Made by a program: the position numbers and the translations under genes. From an uncultured candidatus Porisulfidus sp. (lineage in GTDB: Bacteria > Pseudomonadota > Gammaproteobacteria > Poriferisulfidales > Poriferisulfidaceae): 64,000 nt of DNA. The notes under the pieces were generated by a model, which saw only the letters and a list, made by a program, of their open reading frames with translations, had not been told where the DNA came from and ran no database searches. This document shows positions 1-9,121 of this stretch, in pieces (position 1 is the stretch's first letter; each line of letters starts with the position of its first letter). The DNA lies in contig OZ220480.1 of the NCBI GenBank assembly GCA_965116025.1, positions 608,001-672,000 on the forward strand, in the 5' to 3' direction.

Positions 1-675
1 ACGCGCCGCAGTAAGCCGGTCTCGCAGATAGGTCAGGTAGGAGTGAATGCCATCGCGCCATGTGTCTCGAAACGCCTTTACCTGCTCTGGCTCGCGAGTA
101 ATCTGCTTGGCGTTGCCATCCTTCACTTCGCGGCTTGTAGTGGACCACTGAAAGTTGGAATTGAATTTGATCCCGTAGGGTGGGTCAATATAGATGCACT
201 GCACCTTGCCTCGCAAACTCTCCCGCTCAGCCAATGACGCCATCACCTGCAGGCTGTCCCCCAAAATCATGCGGTTTGACCAGTTCGCGTCGTGTTGATA
301 GAACTCAGTGCGCGCAGCCTCGCTCGGCAGGCCATTAAAATCGGCAAAGAGATCTAATGTAGTCGGCATCTCTTCCTCTCGCCGCTCCCGTGTCTGCCTC
401 AACAAATCGTCAATTAATGATTTGGGATGCACCTTCTCCTGGATGTAGAGTGGCGGTGCATGAACGATGAATTCGGCCGCATCTTGTTCATCCTTTCCCC
501 GCCAAACCAATTGGGGGTCGAGATCTCGATTACGCCGCTCGTAGGCCACGCGGACAGACTTTTTCTCGTCTTCCGATAGAACGGGCTGGTATTCCGCTGT
601 TGGAATATTGCGCCGTGATGCGTCCTCGTGGACCAGCGTCTCTATCGATTTTTTGTTTCTCTTTTTGCGTGGCAT
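1..675 (-). CDS. mod: Type III restriction-modification Mod subunit (N6-adenine DNA methyltransferase), runs off the left edge
   Basis: Hand translation from ATG 675 (AGGAG RBS): MPRKKRNKKSIETLVHEDASRRNIPTAEY...NRMILGDSLQVMASLAERESLRGKVQCIYIDPPYGIKFNSNFQ; DPPY catalytic motif. Not in the ORF track because it has no stop in the window. Confidence 0.92.
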   Translation of the reverse strand, partial: MPRKKRNKKSIETLVHEDASRRNIPTAEYQPVLSEDEKKSVRVAYERRNRDLDPQLVWRGKDEQDAAEFIVHAPPLYIQEKVHPKSLIDDLLRQTRERREEEMPTTLDLFADFNGLPSEAARTEFYQHDANWSNRMILGDSLQVMASLAERESLRGKVQCIYIDPPYGIKFNSNFQWSTTSREVKDGNAKQITREPEQVKAFRDTWRDGIHSYLTYLRDRLTAAR

Positions 676-685
676 GCTGACGCTC

Positions 686-745
686 CTAGGCCGCTTTGCT
701 CTGGGTTGTGAAGAAAGCGATCAGGTTTTCGAATTCCGACTCAAT
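686..745 (-). pseudogene. Detached 3' end of the type III res gene (IESEFENLIAFFTTQSKAA*)
   Basis: Stop TAG (686-688) overlaps the mod RBS. Joined to res at 11779 it gives FTEVYE-IESEFENLIAFFTTQSKAA*, a plausible native Res C-terminus in frame. Confidence 0.75.
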
Positions 746-975
746 ACCCGCGCGGGTCTCGCGGATTACGGGCTATTAGCCCCTTGATGGTCGATCACCA
801 GTCCTGCGCGGCCCGCGCTTACGCGCCCCGCGTTCGCCCTAATCAGGATCACCGGTTCTAGGCGCTCCCTCGCGCCTCGCGCCCGAACCGAGACCGCGTC
901 CGCATTATCGGACGCGTGACGTGCAAAGCGTGAAGCCCGCCCGAATGGACGGCTAGCGAGTGAGAGGAATTGATG

Positions 976-1211
976 CCCGCGCCGGGTCAAAAGCCCGCGC
1001 GGATCACCTTTTCAGTGTGTGCGTTTTCCATGTAGCACCGGCGAGTCTAGCACACTCGCGGCGCCCTTAAAGCAGAACGCCCGACCTCGCGACCGGGCGC
1101 CCTATCCCTTTGCCGGCAATCAGGGTGCTACATGGACAGCCGGCGGGTGAAATCTTTTTCAGACTCCTTGCCCGAAAGTTTAGCACAGGGTGTCACATTG
1201 TGTGACACCCT
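976..1211 (-). promoter_or_regulatory. Structured regulatory region with two extended -10-like motifs and inverted repeats
   Basis: TGTGCTAAACT (1177-1187) and TGTGCTAGACT (1044-1054) on the minus strand; 13-bp IR TCCATGTAGCACC 1027-1039 / GGTGCTACATGGA 1124-1136; 11-bp IR AGGGTGTCACA-N3-TGTGACACCCT 1187-1211; hairpin 976-1002. Confidence 0.5.
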
Positions 1212-1876
1212 CGCGCCGCCAGTGTGTCCTTTTTGCCACACTTCATTACATCCCGCTTCACGGCCAGCGGGATCGGCGCGAGACAACGCGGGCATACCAG
1301 CAGCTCCTCGATCCGCCGGCGTAACGTCCGCAATTCCTCTTCCTTTCGCGCGAGCTTCCCGGACAACTCCGCTATCAACGCCTTATCGCTGGCCGACGGC
1401 GCGGCGGCCTTCGCCCGCTTGCGACCGCCCCGCGTCCGCTCCGGACGCGGCGGCTTTCCATCCAGCTCGTTCATCGCGTCAAGCGCCGTAGGAAGGGAAA
1501 CGCCCATTTCCTCCGCTATCGCCCGCGCGGACGGCGCCGCCTCGCCCTCGCGCTCCGCCCGCCATCGGTATACCTGTATTCGCGTCTTGCACCGCTCCAG
1601 TTTGCTCACATGGCGCCGCCAGTCATTCACCCGCAAAACGAACGCCGCCGGGTCATCGCCGGCGAACTCGCGCATGCGCGGGGTCGGGTCTCTATAAAGC
1701 GCCAGCATGCACCGGTACCGATGCCAGCCGTCCAGCGCCTTGCCCTCGTATAGCGTGATCTCCACCGAGCCGTCGTCCGTCTTGATGCTCGCCTTCAGCT
1801 CCGCCCGGTCCGCCTCGCCCATCGTTCCGAACGCCGCCGATAGCGGATGCCGTTCAAGGATAGTAAGATTGTCCAT
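1193..1876 (-). CDS. ParB/Srx-like N-terminal domain + HTH + coiled-coil protein (phage-type)
   Basis: HPLSAAF...ELKASIK...ITLYEGKALDGWHRYRC (DGxHR ParB-like motif); SARAIAEEMGVSLPTALDAM HTH; CPRC near the C-terminus; GGGAG RBS before ATG 1876. Confidence 0.7.
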   Translation of the reverse strand: MDNLTILERHPLSAAFGTMGEADRAELKASIKTDDGSVEITLYEGKALDGWHRYRCMLALYRDPTPRMREFAGDDPAAFVLRVNDWRRHVSKLERCKTRIQVYRWRAEREGEAAPSARAIAEEMGVSLPTALDAMNELDGKPPRPERTRGGRKRAKAAAPSASDKALIAELSGKLARKEEELRTLRRRIEELLVCPRCLAPIPLAVKRDVMKCGKKDTLAARGCHTM

Positions 1877-2054
1877 GTCGCACTCCCATGCGATAGCGGC
1901 GCCGCGCATGGCCTGCCCGCGAATATAGGCCGGCGCTGGCGCCCATTAATAAACGGGCATTCCCAGACTCCTAGCCGCCACTAAACGGCCACAATTTTGT
2001 TAAGACGGGAAGAACATCCCGTCAAGCGCGCCAGCGTTGTCGGCGGCCTTGCCC

Positions 2055-2345
2055 CTATTCTATACGCCCCGCGTCTTCATCAACGCTCCGGGGCGGGCGG
2101 CCCGGACGCGGCTTGTCCTCGAGGCCGGCCATCCCCCGCTCCGCGAAGCGATTGCGCCACTTCCTCGCCGTGAAATAGTGAACGCCCAACTTCGCGGCTA
2201 TGCGCGGATTGCTCAATCCCTCCGCCGCGAGCAACACCACCCGCGCCCGTTCGGACTTCGCCCGCGATATGCTCATCTTGCGCGCCCGCCGCTCCAGCTC
2301 CGCGCGCTCCTCATCGGTCAACGTGACCGGTACCGGCTTGCCCAT
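2055..2345 (-). CDS. Helix-turn-helix protein resembling the IS630 transposase N-terminus, without a DDE domain
   Basis: LTDEERAELE...RARVVLLAAEGLSNPRIAAKLGV...RKWRNRFAERGMAGLEDKPRPGRP; stops after ~96 aa. Confidence 0.75.
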   Translation of the reverse strand: MGKPVPVTLTDEERAELERRARKMSISRAKSERARVVLLAAEGLSNPRIAAKLGVHYFTARKWRNRFAERGMAGLEDKPRPGRPPRSVDEDAGRIE

Positions 2346-2425
2346 GAGCAATCATCTTATCCCGCCAACGCGGGGATATGAAACGGGCGGCCAATGCCGC
2401 CCGTCCTCTTTCAGTCTTTCGGAAA

Positions 2426-2644
2426 CTACGCCCCTCGCGCTATCGCTAGCGCTCGCTCCAGCGCCGCGATCGTCGCGTCCACGTGAACGAACAGCAGTTG
2501 GTACTCGCTAGGCTTGAGCTCCTCGCCCGCCCGCGCCCGCTCGTACAGAACGCGAATCATCGAGGCCTTGCCCGCTTGCTCCGGGTAGGCTTCCTTATCT
2601 TGGATAAAGCCTCGCTCCCAGTCTCGCTTCGGGTCTTCCATCAC
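2426..2644 (-). CDS. Hypothetical protein
   Basis: 72 aa; start overlaps the stop of the upstream RTX gene, suggesting translational coupling. Confidence 0.55.
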   Translation of the reverse strand: MMEDPKRDWERGFIQDKEAYPEQAGKASMIRVLYERARAGEELKPSEYQLLFVHVDATIAALERALAIARGA

Positions 2645-3468
2645 CCCATGAACACGAAATCGGACTCCGTCAACTCGTCCGCGCTAATCCCCGTGAGCGT
2701 GACGCTCGCGTTCTTCCCGTACCCGGTGATCACCGCGCCGGCCTCGCTGTCCACGATCGTCAAGTCCTCGTAATCTAACTTCTTGCCGTAGAACACCAGC
2801 TTGTCGCGCCATTCGGGATGGTAGTTTCCTTTCGCGTCGGTATTCCCCGGCCCGGCCCGTTCCGTGATCCACTCCCCTTCATTGTCCGGGTCTGCGTATG
2901 AGTAGGTACCGGAGTTTTCGAGGAAGTCCGTAATCACGTCATGGCCGCTATAGCGGTGAAACTCGAAACGATCCGCTCCCCAGCTCCCTTTCAGCGTGTC
3001 GTCGCCGCGCCCGCCTCGAAGAACGTCCGCGCCCTCGGCGCCGTTCAGCGTGTCGTCGCCACGCCCGCCGTATAGATGACTGTTTCCGCCGCCGCTGTTC
3101 AGCGTGTCGTTCCCGTTCCCGCCGAACAGAACGTCGTGACCCCAGCTGCCGTCCAGCGAGTCGTTCCCGCGCCCGCCGAACAGAACGTCGTGACCCCAGC
3201 TGCCGTCCAGCGTGTCATCGCCCACGCCGCCGTACAGGTAGTCGTTCCCGTCCTTGCCGTCCAGCGTGTCGTCGCCCGCGCCGCCTTTCAGCGTGTCGTC
3301 GCCGCCCTTGCCTTTCAGCGTGTCGGCGCCCGCGCCGCCGGTCAGCGTCACGCCCTCATCATTGGACGGATTGGGAAGGTTATTGGGATCGGGATTAGCG
3401 GGATCGGGATCGCCTTGCTCGGCAAGAAAAGCCTTCTTCCATTTCTGCCACGCGGGAATTCTGGCCAT
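2641..3468 (-). CDS. RTX (hemolysin-type Ca-binding) repeat protein, copy 4
   Basis: Many GGxGxDxL nonapeptides; C-terminal ...LTGISADELTESDFVFMG resembles type I secretion substrate termini. Confidence 0.9.
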   Translation of the reverse strand: MARIPAWQKWKKAFLAEQGDPDPANPDPNNLPNPSNDEGVTLTGGAGADTLKGKGGDDTLKGGAGDDTLDGKDGNDYLYGGVGDDTLDGSWGHDVLFGGRGNDSLDGSWGHDVLFGGNGNDTLNSGGGNSHLYGGRGDDTLNGAEGADVLRGGRGDDTLKGSWGADRFEFHRYSGHDVITDFLENSGTYSYADPDNEGEWITERAGPGNTDAKGNYHPEWRDKLVFYGKKLDYEDLTIVDSEAGAVITGYGKNASVTLTGISADELTESDFVFMG

Positions 3469-3512
3469 GATTTCTCCTCATTGAATTTTGGGTGGATATA
3501 GTCTACTCCATA

Positions 3513-4343
3513 TTACCCCATGAAGTCGAAATCGGACTCGGTCAAGTCGTCCGCGCTAATCCCCGTGAGCGTGACGCTCGCGTTCTTCCCGTACCCGGTG
3601 ATCACCGCGCCGGCCTCGCTGTCCACGATCGTCAAGTCCTCGTAATCTAAATTCTTGCCGTAGAACACCAGCTTGTCGCGCAAGTTTGGATCGTAGTTTC
3701 CTTCCGCGTCGGTATTCCCCGGCCTGCCGCCCTTTTCCATGATAATCTCGGAGGGATTTTCCGGGTCTGGGTATGCGTAGGTAACGTCGTTTTCGAGGAA
3801 GTCCTTAATCACGTCATCGCCGCTATAGCGGTGAAACTCGAAACGATCCGCTCCCCAGCTCCCTTTCAGCGTGTCGTCGCCGCGCCCGCCTCGAAGAACG
3901 TCCGCGCCCTCGCCGCCGGTCAGCGAGTCGTTCCCGCGCCCGCCGTATAGATGGTTGCTTCCGCCGCCGCCGATCAGCGTGTCGTTCCCGTTCCCGCCGA
4001 ACAGAACGTCGTGACCCCAGCTGCCGTCCAGCGAGTCGTTCCCGCGCCCGCCGAACAGAACGTCGTTCCCGTATGAGCCGTTCAGCGTGTCATCGCCCAC
4101 GCCGCCGTACAGGTAGTCGTTCCCGTCCTTGCCGTCCAGCGTGTCTACGCCCGCGCCGCCGTACAGGTAGTCGTTCCCGTTCTTGCCGTTCAGCGTGTCG
4201 GCGCCCGCGCCGCCGGTCAGCGTCACGCCCTCATCATTGGACGGATTGGGAAAATTATTGGGATCGGGATTAGCGGGATCGGGATCGCCTTGCTCGGCAA
4301 GAAAAGCCTTCTTCCATTTCTGCCACGCGGGAATTCTGGCCAT
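3513..4343 (-). CDS. RTX repeat protein, copy 3
   Basis: GGxGxDxL repeats; near-identical to its neighbours except one loop. Confidence 0.9.
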   Translation of the reverse strand: MARIPAWQKWKKAFLAEQGDPDPANPDPNNFPNPSNDEGVTLTGGAGADTLNGKNGNDYLYGGAGVDTLDGKDGNDYLYGGVGDDTLNGSYGNDVLFGGRGNDSLDGSWGHDVLFGGNGNDTLIGGGGSNHLYGGRGNDSLTGGEGADVLRGGRGDDTLKGSWGADRFEFHRYSGDDVIKDFLENDVTYAYPDPENPSEIIMEKGGRPGNTDAEGNYDPNLRDKLVFYGKNLDYEDLTIVDSEAGAVITGYGKNASVTLTGISADDLTESDFDFMG

Positions 4344-4387
4344 GATTTCTCCTCATTGAATTTTGGGTGGATATAGTCTACTCCATA

Positions 4388-5191
4388 TTACCCCATGAAG
4401 TCGAAATCGGACTCGGTCAAGTCGTCCGCGCTAATCCCCGTGAGCGTGACGCTCGCGTTCTTCCCGTACCCGGTGATCACCGCGCCGGCCTCGCTGTCCA
4501 CGATCGTCAAGTCCTCGTAATCCAACTTCTTGCCGTAGAACACCAGCTTGTCGCGCACATCTGGCAAGAGGTTTAATTCATGGTCATAATTTCCTCTCGG
4601 CAGAAGCTGGCCGTCCGAGTCTTCCACGGTGCTACCGGCTTCGAGGAAGTCCGTAATCACGTCATCGCCGCTATAGCGGTGAAACTCGAAACGATCCGCT
4701 CCCCAGCTCCCTTTCAGCGTGTCGTCGCCGCGCCCGCCTCGAAGAACGTCCGCGCCCTCGCCGCCGGTCAGCGAGTCGTTCCCGCGCCCGCCGTATAGAT
4801 GGTTGCTTCCGCCGCCGCCGATCAGCGTGTCGTTCCCGTTCCCGCCGAACAGAACGTCGTGACCCCAGCTGCCGTCCAGCGAGTCGTTCCCGCGCCCGCC
4901 GAACAGAACGTCGTTCCCGTATGAGCCGTTCAGCGTGTCATCGCCCACGCCGCCGTACAGGTAGTCGTTCCCGTTCTTGCCGTCCAGCGTGTCTACGCCC
5001 GCGCCGCCGTACAGGTAGTCGTTCCCGTTCTTGCCGTTCAGCGTGTCGGCGCCCGCGCCGCCGGTCAGCGTCACGCCCTCATCATTGGACGGATTGGGAA
5101 GGTTATTGGGATCGGGATTAGCGGGATCGGGATCGCCTTGCTCGGCAAGAAAAGCCTTCTTCCATTTCTGCCACGCGGGAATTCTGGCCAT
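4388..5191 (-). CDS. RTX repeat protein, copy 2
   Basis: GGxGxDxL repeats; near-identical to its neighbours except one loop. Confidence 0.9.
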   Translation of the reverse strand: MARIPAWQKWKKAFLAEQGDPDPANPDPNNLPNPSNDEGVTLTGGAGADTLNGKNGNDYLYGGAGVDTLDGKNGNDYLYGGVGDDTLNGSYGNDVLFGGRGNDSLDGSWGHDVLFGGNGNDTLIGGGGSNHLYGGRGNDSLTGGEGADVLRGGRGDDTLKGSWGADRFEFHRYSGDDVITDFLEAGSTVEDSDGQLLPRGNYDHELNLLPDVRDKLVFYGKKLDYEDLTIVDSEAGAVITGYGKNASVTLTGISADDLTESDFDFMG

Positions 5192-5235
5192 GATTTCTCC
5201 TCATTGAATTTTGGGTGGATATAGTCTACTCCATA

Positions 5236-6231
5236 TTACCCCATGAAGTCGAAATCGGACTCGGTCAAGTCCGCTTTGGCCGTGTTAAAAATCGTGATGC
5301 TATCGCCCGTTCCGTAGCCGGTGATCGTCACCCCTACCGTCTCGGTGTGATCCACGATGGTCAAGTCCTCGAACTTCCGGTTCGCGTCGCCCTTGATAAC
5401 GATTTTGTCGCCGTCGTCGAAGTGGTTGATCAAGTCGTTGCCATCGCCCGTGCTGAAAACGAACTTGTCTTTACCCTCTCCTATTTCGCCGAACAACGTG
5501 TCATTGCCCTTGCCGCCGATCAGCGTGTCGGCGCCCGCGCCGCCGACCAGCGTGTCGTTGCCATCGTCGCCGATCAGCGTGTCATCGCCCGCGTCGCCGA
5601 ACAGCGTGTCTACGCCAGCGCCGCCATGCAGCTCGTCGTTGCCAGCGCCGCCGTACAGGCGGTCTACGCCAGCGCCGCCGTACAGGTAGTCGTTGCCCAC
5701 GTCGCCCACCAGGTGGTCGCCGCCCGCTTCGCCGTACAGGTAGTCGCCGCCCTCGCCGCCATACAGCGAGTCGTTGCCCGCGCCGCCCCACAGGTAATCC
5801 TTCGCGCCGGCCTTGAGAGGCGCCCAAGAATCGCCCCACAGATAGTCATCGCCCAGCCCGCCCCACAGATGGTCGGTTCCGCCGCCGCCGATCAACTTGT
5901 CATCGCCCGTGATGGTATTCCAATAAGTCGGGGAATTGGTATCGCCCCAAAGCTTGTCATCGCCCCTGCCGCCGAACAGAAAGTCTTTACCCGAGCCGCC
6001 ATACAGAAGGTCTTTACCCGAGCCGCCATACAGAAAGTCGTCACCAAGGCCGCCATGCAGCTCGTCGTTTCCATCACCTCCCCATATATAGTCTCTATCG
6101 CCTTCGCCATACAGGTAATCGCGACCGCCTTTGCCATACAATTTGTCGATGCCGTCTCGAGCTAGCATGATATCGCTTTCTTCGGTACCTTTCTTGATAT
6201 TGTTTCCGTCTGTTCCTATCCAACTCGCCAT
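5236..6231 (-). CDS. RTX repeat protein, copy 1 (divergent, longer repeat tract)
   Basis: About 20 GGxGxDxL repeats; same [11 protein letters not shown]-terminus; GGAGGA RBS. Confidence 0.9.
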   Translation of the reverse strand: MASWIGTDGNNIKKGTEESDIMLARDGIDKLYGKGGRDYLYGEGDRDYIWGGDGNDELHGGLGDDFLYGGSGKDLLYGGSGKDFLFGGRGDDKLWGDTNSPTYWNTITGDDKLIGGGGTDHLWGGLGDDYLWGDSWAPLKAGAKDYLWGGAGNDSLYGGEGGDYLYGEAGGDHLVGDVGNDYLYGGAGVDRLYGGAGNDELHGGAGVDTLFGDAGDDTLIGDDGNDTLVGGAGADTLIGGKGNDTLFGEIGEGKDKFVFSTGDGNDLINHFDDGDKIVIKGDANRKFEDLTIVDHTETVGVTITGYGTGDSITIFNTAKADLTESDFDFMG

Positions 6232-6361
6232 GACCTTATCCTCCAGTGTGATTATTAGTATCGGACTTCCCGCGTGTAAGTCGGCATAAATCTAATCAGG
6301 CCATGCCAGTATTTATGCTGAATTGTTTGCGGACGCGAAGTCCGGCGGCTAGTGTAGCAGA

Positions 6362-6700
6362 TTAGGAAAACTTGGAATAGGCGGCCTCGAAGCCGGCTTT
6401 ATGACCCGCCATCCACTCCTCCGTTAGCGTCTTCGCGGTCAAACTCGCGCCCGCGATCTCCGGCGCGATAGCCCGAAGCGTTGCCGCCGCATGGTATTTC
6501 AGATGCTTCGCGGACACCGGATAGGTTTCGGGCCATTCCCCCCGCTCGGCCAGCGCCCGCCCGTCATAAAAGCCCCGCCCGTAGGCCGAATACCAGACCG
6601 ACCGAGAGGCGTAAGCCCGATCCGTCGCGCCGATCGCCGGCCAGTCGATCGGCGTTCCCTCGATCTCGTCCGCGCCCAGATAGTGTCGTATTCCGCTCAT
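6362..6700 (-). CDS. Hypothetical phage-element protein
   Basis: 112 aa, co-oriented just downstream of the portal gene. Confidence 0.6.
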   Translation of the reverse strand: MSGIRHYLGADEIEGTPIDWPAIGATDRAYASRSVWYSAYGRGFYDGRALAERGEWPETYPVSAKHLKYHAAATLRAIAPEIAGASLTAKTLTEEWMAGHKAGFEAAYSKFS

Positions 6701-6724
6701 CGCTCAGATCCTCTCAGTTGATGA

Positions 6725-7759
6725 TTATTCCTCTCTCGCGCCGACCAGCGCCGCCGCGTGATCCTCGTTCATGCCGCCGTCCACGAATCCTTTAAAGGCC
6801 CGCGCCCGCGCCGCCATATCGCTCGCCATCAGCGCGTCGAACGTAATCTTGACCTCGCCCCCCACTTTCCGCGCCAGCTCCGCCGCCATGATCTCGCCAA
6901 GCCCCTTGCAGGTCGTGTGCGCGAAGCGCCTATACGCCTCGCGGCTATCCTTCTCCCCCGCGCCGTCCAGCCCCACCAGCACCGGACTCACGCCCAACGC
7001 TCCAAGTATTTCGACCGCCAGTTGCCGGCGTAGCGTGAGCAGTTGCCCGCTAGGATCGGGCGCCAGCTTAGTAACGCCGTAGTCCTTGCGCGGCGCGTCC
7101 GATGGACTCCCCCATCCCCCCGCCGTCGTGTTCGGGAAGATAAGCCCGCCTTCCATTATGTAGTCCGCCGTTTGACTGGGCCTCCGGACGTTCGGATAGG
7201 GCAAGGGAACGATCCACGTCGTTTTGATTGCCGAGTCGTCCTTGATAGCCCGCTCCACCGCCGCCGCTATCGAACTGGTAGCGGCCGCGATGCCAAGCGG
7301 CCCGACCGACCGCCAGGGGGCCTCCGGAGTTTCGGCGTAGCGAAAGTGCAAGACCTCGCGCCCGCGAAGTTTCCGCGTTGACTGGCCGCCAGGCGCGGCC
7401 AGATCGAGCGCGTACTCCCACCCGTTCATCGGGTCAAGGTCCGCCCCGTCCACGTCGAATGACGCGGCGAAGTATTGACCGAGCCGCCCATCCGGTTCCA
7501 CCCAGAACTGGGCCGCCGATTCCCCGCGCCGGAGCATCCTCCGGACGTGCGGCGCGAGATCGGTTCCGCGCAGGATCGCCGGCGAGACGTCCGCGCAAGC
7601 GAACGCCCGGACGATCAGCCCCACGCCGGCCTCGAACGCCGCCAGCGCGTCCGACCGAAACCAATTCATCGCCGCCAGATAACGCGCCTCCAGGCGCAGG
7701 TCGGTGTAATCCCGGCCCCGCGCCCGCGTCTCGCGCCGGCCTTTCAGCCAGCCGAACAC
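6725..7759 (-). CDS. Phage portal protein (HK97-like, compact)
   Basis: N-terminal FGWLKGRRETR; EVLHFRY...PWRSVGPL; EILGALGVSPVLVG; ARARAFKGFVDGGM; coupled to the capsid stop. Confidence 0.8.
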   Translation of the reverse strand: MFGWLKGRRETRARGRDYTDLRLEARYLAAMNWFRSDALAAFEAGVGLIVRAFACADVSPAILRGTDLAPHVRRMLRRGESAAQFWVEPDGRLGQYFAASFDVDGADLDPMNGWEYALDLAAPGGQSTRKLRGREVLHFRYAETPEAPWRSVGPLGIAAATSSIAAAVERAIKDDSAIKTTWIVPLPYPNVRRPSQTADYIMEGGLIFPNTTAGGWGSPSDAPRKDYGVTKLAPDPSGQLLTLRRQLAVEILGALGVSPVLVGLDGAGEKDSREAYRRFAHTTCKGLGEIMAAELARKVGGEVKITFDALMASDMAARARAFKGFVDGGMNEDHAAALVGAREE

Positions 7760-9105
7760 TACGCTACCTTGAACTCGACACGCTTATACGCGGCGGATCT
7801 GAGGACGGCGAAATTCCAAAGCGAGCAGATCGTTAATGCGATCTCGCCTTGACTTGCTCGCGTATAGCGGTCCTCGATGATCTCCAGCCCCCACATGGGC
7901 GCCACCGCGTCCATCCCCATACCGCCGGAGCGGTAAATGAGTCCGGTCTCGATATTGCTAGACGGAGCCGGAATGAGCGCCGAACACCGAACGCCCCCCG
8001 TCTTGTCTTGCAGGTAATCGATCGCGCACAGATCGCCTTTATTGCTATTCGCTTGCACCTCGCCGGCCAGCGCGTAAGCCTTCACGCCTAACACGCCCCG
8101 AAGCTCCGAGCGCATGGCGGCGTGCTTGCCGTCCACCGCCTCGCCAAAGGTGTTCAGGAAAGACGAATAGGTCGCCTTCGCGGACGGATTCGTTGGATTG
8201 CTCAACGCCGCGATGATCCCCGTAGGGTTCGGCGCCGTTCCATTGCCGTTCAGGATCGCGTCGTCCGTCTCTTCCGTGACCGCCCGGGACATATCCCCGC
8301 GCAACGCCTCATCCAGGCCATGCACCCGATGCGCGTCCTCGGTTCGGTAGATATACCGAGCCGCCAGGCGGACGGGCTTCAGGTCGTTCGCCGTGATAGT
8401 GGCGGCTTGCGCGTCTTTCGCGCTCCCCGCCGCCTTCATCTCAGGACTCACGCCCGCCGTCAGGACGGGATAACTGGCCTCGCCAACGCCGACCTGCTCG
8501 AACGACACGCCTAGATGCGCTCCCACCGTGCGCGAGAATATGCGCTGAACGATATTCGGTTGCCGCGTCGGCCCCGACACGCTCGCGCCGACCGAAGTGG
8601 CGACGTCCGCGCGGGTTTCCAACGCCTCCCAGGGGAGGAGCAGTCCGCCGCCCGCCCCGCGCGCGTCACGCGAGCCGTACAGCTCGTCCGAGAGCTCGCC
8701 TTCCGCGCCATCCGGACTCCGCCCGTCGATGAACGCCCGCAAGTAATTCCGCACCGACACCCGCCCCGCGAGCGTCTGGAGTCTTCCATTCGGTTCCACC
8801 GCGCTAGATGGCTTGCCTCGCGTCTCCAACGGCGGGCCGACGCCCGACGGCGCTTCGCGCGAGCAGGCGTCCGTCTCTAATTGCGCGAGCAGCTCCTCCG
8901 CTTGGCGGCGCAGGTCCTCGAACTCGAGGACTCGCTTCTCGTGATCCGCCGTGCGCGCGGTGTACTCCGCGCCGCCGGCCTTGCCGTCTTCCCGCAACGC
9001 TTTTAGGCGCTTGGATATTTTCTCCATATCGCCCATGCGATCCTGCATGGCCTCCCGCGTCTCGCGCAAGCGAGTATTGATAGCGAAATGATTAATAGTG
9101 GTCAT
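7759..9105 (-). CDS. Phage major capsid protein (HK97 fold) with N-terminal coiled-coil scaffold domain
   Basis: GGAGG RBS, ATG 9105; helical N-terminus; DDAILNGNGTAPNPTGII; IIEDRYTRASQGEIAL; FAVLRSAAYKRV. Confidence 0.88.
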   Translation of the reverse strand: MTTINHFAINTRLRETREAMQDRMGDMEKISKRLKALREDGKAGGAEYTARTADHEKRVLEFEDLRRQAEELLAQLETDACSREAPSGVGPPLETRGKPSSAVEPNGRLQTLAGRVSVRNYLRAFIDGRSPDGAEGELSDELYGSRDARGAGGGLLLPWEALETRADVATSVGASVSGPTRQPNIVQRIFSRTVGAHLGVSFEQVGVGEASYPVLTAGVSPEMKAAGSAKDAQAATITANDLKPVRLAARYIYRTEDAHRVHGLDEALRGDMSRAVTEETDDAILNGNGTAPNPTGIIAALSNPTNPSAKATYSSFLNTFGEAVDGKHAAMRSELRGVLGVKAYALAGEVQANSNKGDLCAIDYLQDKTGGVRCSALIPAPSSNIETGLIYRSGGMGMDAVAPMWGLEIIEDRYTRASQGEIALTICSLWNFAVLRSAAYKRVEFKVA

Positions 9106-9121
9106 AATGCCTCCATTAGGT

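Larger units (their letters stand above)
2641..5270. repeat. Tandem gene duplication units (~850-875 bp) with identical 44-bp spacers
   Basis: Spacer GATTTCTCCTCATTGAATTTTGGGTGGATATAGTCTACTCCATA at 3469-3512, 4344-4387 and 5192-5235. Confidence 0.95.

Noticed and set aside
2641-6231. CRISPR array or DGR explanation for the repeats
   Set aside because: The repeats are coding RTX nonapeptides and whole-gene duplications. There are no spacers or cas genes, no reverse transcriptase, and the variation includes indels rather than adenine-specific changes.
7759-9105. Encapsulin
   Set aside because: Adjacent portal, HNH and terminase indicate a DNA-packaging head.
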